DNA of 64,000 bases from assembly GCA_963692865.2 (NCBI GenBank), contig OY843592.1:416001-480000 (forward strand), read 5' to 3'. The notes beneath the pieces were generated by a model that ran no database searches, was not told where the DNA came from, and was given only the letters and a program-made list of their open reading frames with translations. The first letter of the stretch is position 1, and every line of letters begins with the position of its first letter. Positions 57,753 to 64,000 of this stretch are shown here, in pieces. The position numbers were made by a program, and so were the translations under genes. This DNA is from a bacterium. GTDB taxonomy: Bacteria > UBA8248.

Positions 57753-59228
57753 ATGAAGAGAATGTTTCTCGCAACACTGATTCTGATTGGCTTTACGGTT
57801 TTCGTGGCGTCAACGGCCATCGCCGCCAAGGTGCACCCCGGCAAGACGGTCGAGGAGCGCGCCATCAACGGAGCGAAAGCGTACATCAAGAAGCATAATC
57901 TGAAGAACCCGAAACAGACCATGCTTCTGATCTCGCTCTTCAAAAACTCCCAGCCGAAATACCTGAGGCAATGGAAGAAGCTCACCGGCGTCGAGATGGG
58001 CTCTATCCAGTACGGCTACACCGACATCCCCGCCAAAATCATGGCCGAAGCCGTGGCGAAAACGGGGCAGTACGACGTGATCAACCACTTCCCCTACGTC
58101 ATTCCCGACGCGGTGGGCGCGGGCACGCTCCAGCCGCTCGACGCCTACATGGCGAAGGGGAAACCCGATTTCACGGGCATCGATTCAGGATTGCTGGCGC
58201 AGCAAAGTTACAAGGGGAAAACCTACTGGTTCATCCTCGACGGCGACCACATCGCGCTTTTCCTGCGCTCGGACATCATGAAGGCGGCCGCGAAGGAGTA
58301 CAAGGCCAAGTTCGGCAAGGCGCCGGGGTGTCCCGACACGATGGCCGAGTGGGAGCAGATGGCCAAGTTCTTCCACACGAAAAAGGGCCAGACCCGCTGG
58401 GGCATGAAGTTCGACCAGCCGCTCTACGGCGCGCAGGCCTACCGGAGCATCAACTTCTCCTACAGGCATTTCCCGGCTTATATGGGCGGACTGCTCTTCG
58501 ACAAGAACATGAACCCCACCATCAACTCGCCGAACGGCATCCGGGCGATCAAGGAATTCACCTCCATCGTCAAATACATGCCGCCGGACGTGCAGGGCTG
58601 GGGAACGCCGCAACTCTATCCTCACTGGGGTAGCGGACGGGCCTTCTCGTTCATGTCCTTCCCCTCGGCGATGGGCTACGCCAACCGCAACCCGAAGAGC
58701 AAGATCAGCGGTAAGCAGTTGGCTTGCCCCGTTCCCGCCGTGAAAGGCGCGGGCGGCAAGATGGTGCGCCGCGCTCCGCAGGCGGCCGGCACCGGCTACA
58801 TGGTGAACGCGCACAGCAAACACCCCGAGCTCGCCTACTACTTCATCCAGTGGTTCACGGGCCCGACCCAGGGCGACATCGCCATCGCCGACCCCGCCGG
58901 CTTCTGGGACCCGATGCGCATGTCGAACCTGACGAACAAGGCCGTGCTCGCCAAGCACACCGAGCCCTTCGTCAAGATGACGATGAAGAACGCGAAAAAC
59001 GCCATCTCGCTGCTCATGATCGAGGGCAACTACGAGTACTTCAACGTGCTCGACAAGAACATGGCGCAGGTCATGCAGGGCAACATCTCCGCCGCGCAGG
59101 CGGCGAAGAACGTCGAGAAAGGCTGGAACAACATCACCGACGACATCGGTCGGAAAGAACAGATCGCGGCTTGGAGAGCGAGCGTCGCCAGCGGCGCGTA
59201 CATCGACAAGTTCGCGCCGACCAACTAA
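57753..59228 (+). CDS. Extracellular solute-binding protein
   Basis: Signal peptide, SBP_bac_1-like features, operon context. Confidence 0.88.
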   Translation: MKRMFLATLILIGFTVFVASTAIAAKVHPGKTVEERAINGAKAYIKKHNLKNPKQTMLLISLFKNSQPKYLRQWKKLTGVEMGSIQYGYTDIPAKIMAEAVAKTGQYDVINHFPYVIPDAVGAGTLQPLDAYMAKGKPDFTGIDSGLLAQQSYKGKTYWFILDGDHIALFLRSDIMKAAAKEYKAKFGKAPGCPDTMAEWEQMAKFFHTKKGQTRWGMKFDQPLYGAQAYRSINFSYRHFPAYMGGLLFDKNMNPTINSPNGIRAIKEFTSIVKYMPPDVQGWGTPQLYPHWGSGRAFSFMSFPSAMGYANRNPKSKISGKQLACPVPAVKGAGGKMVRRAPQAAGTGYMVNAHSKHPELAYYFIQWFTGPTQGDIAIADPAGFWDPMRMSNLTNKAVLAKHTEPFVKMTMKNAKNAISLLMIEGNYEYFNVLDKNMAQVMQGNISAAQAAKNVEKGWNNITDDIGRKEQIAAWRASVASGAYIDKFAPTN

Positions 59229-59320
59229 TCACCGCGCCTAAAGAGCGCCCGCTCCGGCGTCGAAACCGGGGCGGGCGCACAGCGCGATACGCTTTAATTA
59301 AGAGTTAAGACGAAGACACG

Positions 59321-60274
59321 ATGGCCCAAGCATCGACGACAAAAGAACGCAAGAGTCTCTCCGCCTGGTTGTCGCAGGAGAAGGTTTTCCGCCTGATTCC
59401 GTTCATCATGGTGGAGGCGACCTTCCTCCTGCTCCTCGCCGTTCCGTTTATTCTCACCATCTACATCAGCCTTCTCAAATGGCGCGCCAACCGTCCGTTC
59501 GAGCAGGCCTATTTTCACGGCTTGTTGAACTACGTCCGCGTCCTCACCACCGAAGATTTCTGGTGGGCGCTCGGGCGGACTTTCTACTTCGCGGGAACGG
59601 CGGTCTTACTCGAGCTGCTCTTCGGTTTTCTTCTCGCCATGCTGGCCTATAAGCAATTCCGGGGGAGGCGTATCTACATCACCATTTTCCTGGTCCCCAT
59701 GATGGTGGTGCCGGTCGTGGGGGGCTACAACTTTTCGATGATCTACATCGACTCGGGGCCCCTCAACCAGATTCTGTCTCCGATCACCGAAGCCATGGGC
59801 GTAAACCCGCGCATCCGCTGGCTCTCGCACCCCATCGCCGCGCAGTGGGCGATCATCCTCGCCGACGTATGGCAGTGGACGTCGCTCACGTTCCTGATAT
59901 TTCTCTCGGGCTTCGCCGCGCTTCCGCAGCAACTCACCAACGCCGCGCGCGTTCTGGGAGCGAGCAGGTGGCAGATATTCTGGAAAGTCCACTTCCCGCT
60001 GCTTAAGCCCGCGATCATGATCGCCGTCATCATTCGTTCGATGGAGGCGCTCAAGCTGTTCGATCTGTCCGTGCTGCTCACCTTCGGCGGGCCGGGCACT
60101 TCGACTGAAACCATCGCTTTCTTCCTCTGGCGGCAGGTGTGGCAGTTCAACAAGTACAGCTTCGGCGCGGCCGCCTCGATTCTGTTGCTCTTCATGTTCG
60201 GAACACTCATCTTCTACGGCATTTATCTGCTCGTGCGGGAACGGTCCATCGTCGAAGAGGAGCGAATGAGATGA
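59321..60274 (+). CDS. Sugar-type ABC permease (MalF-like)
   Basis: DVWQWT, AARVLGASRWQIF. Confidence 0.92.
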   Translation: MAQASTTKERKSLSAWLSQEKVFRLIPFIMVEATFLLLLAVPFILTIYISLLKWRANRPFEQAYFHGLLNYVRVLTTEDFWWALGRTFYFAGTAVLLELLFGFLLAMLAYKQFRGRRIYITIFLVPMMVVPVVGGYNFSMIYIDSGPLNQILSPITEAMGVNPRIRWLSHPIAAQWAIILADVWQWTSLTFLIFLSGFAALPQQLTNAARVLGASRWQIFWKVHFPLLKPAIMIAVIIRSMEALKLFDLSVLLTFGGPGTSTETIAFFLWRQVWQFNKYSFGAAASILLLFMFGTLIFYGIYLLVRERSIVEEERMR

Positions 60275-61239
60275 CGAACGACGCGAGTAAGCGCGTGGAA
60301 ATGTCCTTCGCCAAGCGCTACAACCTCTTCTTCTGGTTCCGCCACGCCGCGCTAATCGGCTGGGCGAGCATGATCATGTTCCCGATCTTCTGGATGATAT
60401 CGACTTCCTTCAAGGATTCGGGCGATTGGGTGGCCTGGCCGCCGAACTGGTTCCCGTCCTTCGTCGGCGGGGGATACGAACCCACCCTGCACAACTACCG
60501 GCAGATTTTCAGCATAGTCGGGCACGGCGAAGGCCTCAGCCGCGAATACGCCGAACAGGCTTTCACGATCTGGGGAGCGGTGCGCGATTCGATGGTCGTA
60601 TCCTCCATCAGCGCGCTGATCGCGCTCCTGCTGGGCACGTTTCTGGCCTACTCGATTTCGCGCTTCAACGTGGGCGGAAAGTATTTCCGCTACATGATCC
60701 TGACCATCCGCATGGTCCCGCCCATCATCATCGCGATTCCCGTCGTGATGTATTACGCCATCCTGATTCCGTTCGCGACCCAGACGGTTCTCAACTATCG
60801 GTTCAGCCTGATCGACTCCTACACCGGCTTGTGCCTCCTCTACATAGCGACCACGCTGCCCTTCGTCATCTGGATGATGCTGAACTTCATCGAGGAGATT
60901 CCCAAGACCATCGAACACGCCGCGCAAATCATGGGCGCGGGGCGCATCTACACGCTGCGCCGCGTCGTGATGCCCCTGGTCGCTCCGGGCATGGTGGTGA
61001 CATTTCTCTTCATCTTCATCCTGAACTGGAGCGAGTTCCTGCTCGCGTTGACGCTGACCCAGCCGAGAGTCATCACGCTGCCCATCCTGCTCAACAAGTT
61101 CCAGAGCGCGATGGAGGGCAGGCTCTACGGGCCGCAGGCCGCGATCGGGACGGTCATCACCATCCCCGTGGTCATCCTCGGCGTCATGATCCAGAAACAC
61201 CTCATCACGGGCTTCAGCTTCGGCACCATCCGCAAGTAG
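60271..61239 (+). CDS. Sugar-type ABC permease (MalG-like), copy 1
   Basis: WMISTSFK, IEHAAQIMGA, NWSEFLLA. Confidence 0.92.
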   Translation: MTNDASKRVEMSFAKRYNLFFWFRHAALIGWASMIMFPIFWMISTSFKDSGDWVAWPPNWFPSFVGGGYEPTLHNYRQIFSIVGHGEGLSREYAEQAFTIWGAVRDSMVVSSISALIALLLGTFLAYSISRFNVGGKYFRYMILTIRMVPPIIIAIPVVMYYAILIPFATQTVLNYRFSLIDSYTGLCLLYIATTLPFVIWMMLNFIEEIPKTIEHAAQIMGAGRIYTLRRVVMPLVAPGMVVTFLFIFILNWSEFLLALTLTQPRVITLPILLNKFQSAMEGRLYGPQAAIGTVITIPVVILGVMIQKHLITGFSFGTIRK

Positions 61240-61330
61240 CGCCTCGCGCAGATGCGGGGGATTCAGAAAACTTTTTTTGACGCTGAATCTGAGCGCGGGA
61301 GCGGTCCATCGCCCGAGAGGAGGGAACGAG

Positions 61331-62299
61331 ATGGCGAACGAGGCCGGCAGGCGCGCGGAGATGTCCTTCGCCAAGCGCTACAACCTCTTCTTCTGGTTCC
61401 GCCACGCCGCGCTTCTGCTCTGGGCGAGCATGATCATGTTCCCGATATTCTGGATGATATCGACTTCCTTCAAGGATTCGGGCGACTGGCTGGCCTGGCC
61501 GCCGAACTGGTTCCCGAGCTTCATCGGCGGGGGATACGAACCCACCCTGGACAACTACCGGCTGATTTTCAGCATGTTCGGACAAGGCGATCGCGTCGAC
61601 CGCGATGTTCTCGAGCATGTCTTCACGATCTGGGGGGCGGTGCGCGATTCGATGGTCGTCTCCTCCACCAGCGCGCTGCTCGCGCTCCTGCTGGGCACGT
61701 TCCTGGCCTACTCGATATCGCGCTTCAACGTGGGCGGAAAGTATTTCCGCTACATGATCCTGACCATCCGCATGGTCCCGCCCATCATCATCGCGATTCC
61801 CGTCGTGATGTACTACGCCATCCTGATTCCGTTCGCGACCCAGACGGTTCTCGGCTACCGGATCAGCCTGATCGACTCCTACACCGGCCTGTGCCTTCTC
61901 TACATAGCGACCACGCTGCCGTTCGTCATCTGGATGATGCTGAACTTCATCGAGGAGATCCCCAAGACCATCGAACACGCCGCGTATATCACGGGCGCGG
62001 GGCGCATCTACACGCTTAGGCGCGTGGTGATGCCCCTGGTCGCGCCCGGCATGGTGGTGACTTTTCTCTTCATCTTCATCCTGAACTGGAGCGAGTTCCT
62101 GCTCGCGCTGACGCTCACCCAGCCGAAGGTCGTCACGCTGCCCATCCTGCTCAACAAGTTCCAGAGCGCGTCGGAGGGCAGGCTCTACGGACCGCAGGCG
62201 GCGATTGGGACGGTCATTACCATCCCTGTGGTTATCCTCGGCGTCCTGATCCAGAAGCACCTCGTCACGGGATTCAGCTTCGGCACCGTCCGCAAGTAG
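61331..62299 (+). CDS. Sugar-type ABC permease (MalG-like), copy 2
   Basis: Same 322-aa length, highly similar to copy 1. Confidence 0.92.
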   Translation: MANEAGRRAEMSFAKRYNLFFWFRHAALLLWASMIMFPIFWMISTSFKDSGDWLAWPPNWFPSFIGGGYEPTLDNYRLIFSMFGQGDRVDRDVLEHVFTIWGAVRDSMVVSSTSALLALLLGTFLAYSISRFNVGGKYFRYMILTIRMVPPIIIAIPVVMYYAILIPFATQTVLGYRISLIDSYTGLCLLYIATTLPFVIWMMLNFIEEIPKTIEHAAYITGAGRIYTLRRVVMPLVAPGMVVTFLFIFILNWSEFLLALTLTQPKVVTLPILLNKFQSASEGRLYGPQAAIGTVITIPVVILGVLIQKHLVTGFSFGTVRK

Positions 62300-62957
62300 C
62301 GCCTCGCGCAGATGCGGGGAATTGCGGGCTGATGCAGGCTCGAGGCCTCTTTTGAAAAGAAAAGACTGCGGTTTCATACGGGGACATACCCGCACGTTCG
62401 CCCGGCGGCCGCGAACCACAGGAGCTCCCACCCGGTTTTCGCCGAGGGGGTTCGTGATTTCCCGAATACGGGCGGACTTTGCGGGTAACACGATTCGGGG
62501 CCGCCCCGGTTGCGCGGGGCGCATCCACGTCGAATCCATCCCTCTGCGCCGTTTCGACGCCGCCGGGCGCGCATCCTCCCTCACCACGAGTAGCCGCCGA
62601 AGGCGGCGTATCGAAGGGCGAGGGGAGTCGAACGCTTGGCGCCGGGGCGAGAGGGCATCCTTCGATACGGCGCTTACGCGCCTACTCAGGATGAGGAAGG
62701 CGGGGGACGGCGGAGCCTGTCCTGAGCCTGTCGAAGGGCCGCTACTCAGGATGAGGTGAGTCGAGAGGCCGCGGCACAGGGTGAGGCGGCCATCGGCTCG
62801 GGATGAGGGAGTTTTCGCCGAGCAAGGCGCAAAGGGGTAAATCCCCTCTTGAAGGGCTTTTTCAACGACCCGATTCCGTCAACGGCTTGACATTTCCCGG
62901 CGCATTTATTACCTGTCTTTATCATTCTATTCGTTATTCTTATTACTGAGGACTTGT

Positions 62958-63983
62958 ATGAGACTCTTCACGCCGATTGCGCTCCTCTTGCTTTTACTGA
63001 CGGCGGGGTGCCTGGGCGGCGGCGGTTCCGCTCTGCCTCCGGTCCCGATACCCACGCTCACGCCCACGCCCCAACCGTTTCGTACGAAAACAAGCTTCGT
63101 CGACAACGTCCTCAGCGTCGACGTGCGCTACCACGACGGCCGCACCCGCACCCTCGACAGCGCCCGGCACCAGGACGGGTCGTGGGGGCTTTTTCTCCCC
63201 CCGCCCTTGCAGCCCGGCCATTCCAGCCGCGAATGGCTGCTCACGGAAAACCACTACGACGGCAAGATTCTGCTCTACGCCCTCGTCTCGTGGAACGACG
63301 CCGACCCTGCCGACTACCTCGCGGCCGGATGGTGGCTCGTCTATCCGCCCGGCGCGCCGTATACCGCCGGCAAATACGCCACGCGCGGCGTCTTTATCGA
63401 TGGCCCGGAACTCGACCCCGCCAACCCGCCGAACCTCCCCTTGACCGGCACGGCCACCTACGTCGGCGGCGCCGGCGGCCCGTACACGTACGAGTACGGC
63501 CGCGACTGGGGCGAGGAGTTGGCCGGTTCTTCCGATACCACTGAATTCACGGGGATTATCGCGTTGACCGCCGACTTCGGCAAAAGAAGCATCACCGGAT
63601 GCCTGGGGTGTGTCGAGCCGATCGAGACCGCGCCCGGTCAACACCTCTATCCGCTCTTGACCTGGCGGACTCCCGATCCCGCGGCGTCGCCGGCCGACTA
63701 CGACCTGCGCTTTTCCGCATCCTTTGACGCCGCCGGCGCATTCGAGAGCAGCGATATCACCGTCACGCATCCCGAACGCACAATCACGAACGCCGCCGGG
63801 ACGTGGCGCGGCCAGTTCTCGAACGCGCCGGACGCCGACGGCAACCCCCGCCGCGTGGTCGGATCGAGCGATGTCCACTTCGCCGAAGAAGACGGCTCGG
63901 TCGGACGGTTTACGGGCATCTTCGATGCGCTTACACCCGCCACGATCGAGCCCGATAACGGCAAAGGGGGCAACGCGAACTAG
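62958..63983 (+). CDS. Surface lipoprotein, TbpB-like barrel
   Basis: Lipobox TAGC, Pro-rich linker, LPLTGTATYVG..GTWRGQFSN motifs; TTGACA upstream. Confidence 0.78.
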   Translation: MRLFTPIALLLLLLTAGCLGGGGSALPPVPIPTLTPTPQPFRTKTSFVDNVLSVDVRYHDGRTRTLDSARHQDGSWGLFLPPPLQPGHSSREWLLTENHYDGKILLYALVSWNDADPADYLAAGWWLVYPPGAPYTAGKYATRGVFIDGPELDPANPPNLPLTGTATYVGGAGGPYTYEYGRDWGEELAGSSDTTEFTGIIALTADFGKRSITGCLGCVEPIETAPGQHLYPLLTWRTPDPAASPADYDLRFSASFDAAGAFESSDITVTHPERTITNAAGTWRGQFSNAPDADGNPRRVVGSSDVHFAEEDGSVGRFTGIFDALTPATIEPDNGKGGNAN

Positions 63984-64000
63984 AACACGCTCCTGCAGAC

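Overview
High-GC bacterial chromosomal window; the autotransporter remnant and TbpB-like lipoproteins hint at a host-associated lifestyle (inference only). The left 13 kb is a defence-type island: a Fic gene inside a ~195-bp direct duplication, an orphan hicB, and a complete compact type II-C CRISPR-Cas locus (divergent tracrRNA, ~1002-aa cas9, cas1, cas2, 38-repeat/37-spacer antisense array). The array is followed by a vestigial mini-array with a different II-C-type repeat, an HsdS-like fragment and an AAA-ATPase/DUF4276-like pair. The rest holds housekeeping and metabolic genes (two DMTs, degP/Q, a CdaZ-like diadenylate cyclase, gatAB, hydantoinase/LLM/CoA-ligase cluster, TRAP, phoBR-pstSCAB-phoU, a sugar-type ABC system with a duplicated permease), surface proteins and many REP/MITE-like repeats. 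The most novel-looking signals are (i) a three-copy, covarying structured RNA motif, each copy ~30 nt downstream of a TTGACA and on the upstream side of surface-protein genes, and (ii) the two-repeat-type CRISPR junction in which both arrays end in the same 27-bp sequence. Family assignments are from motif recognition by eye; no database searches were run.
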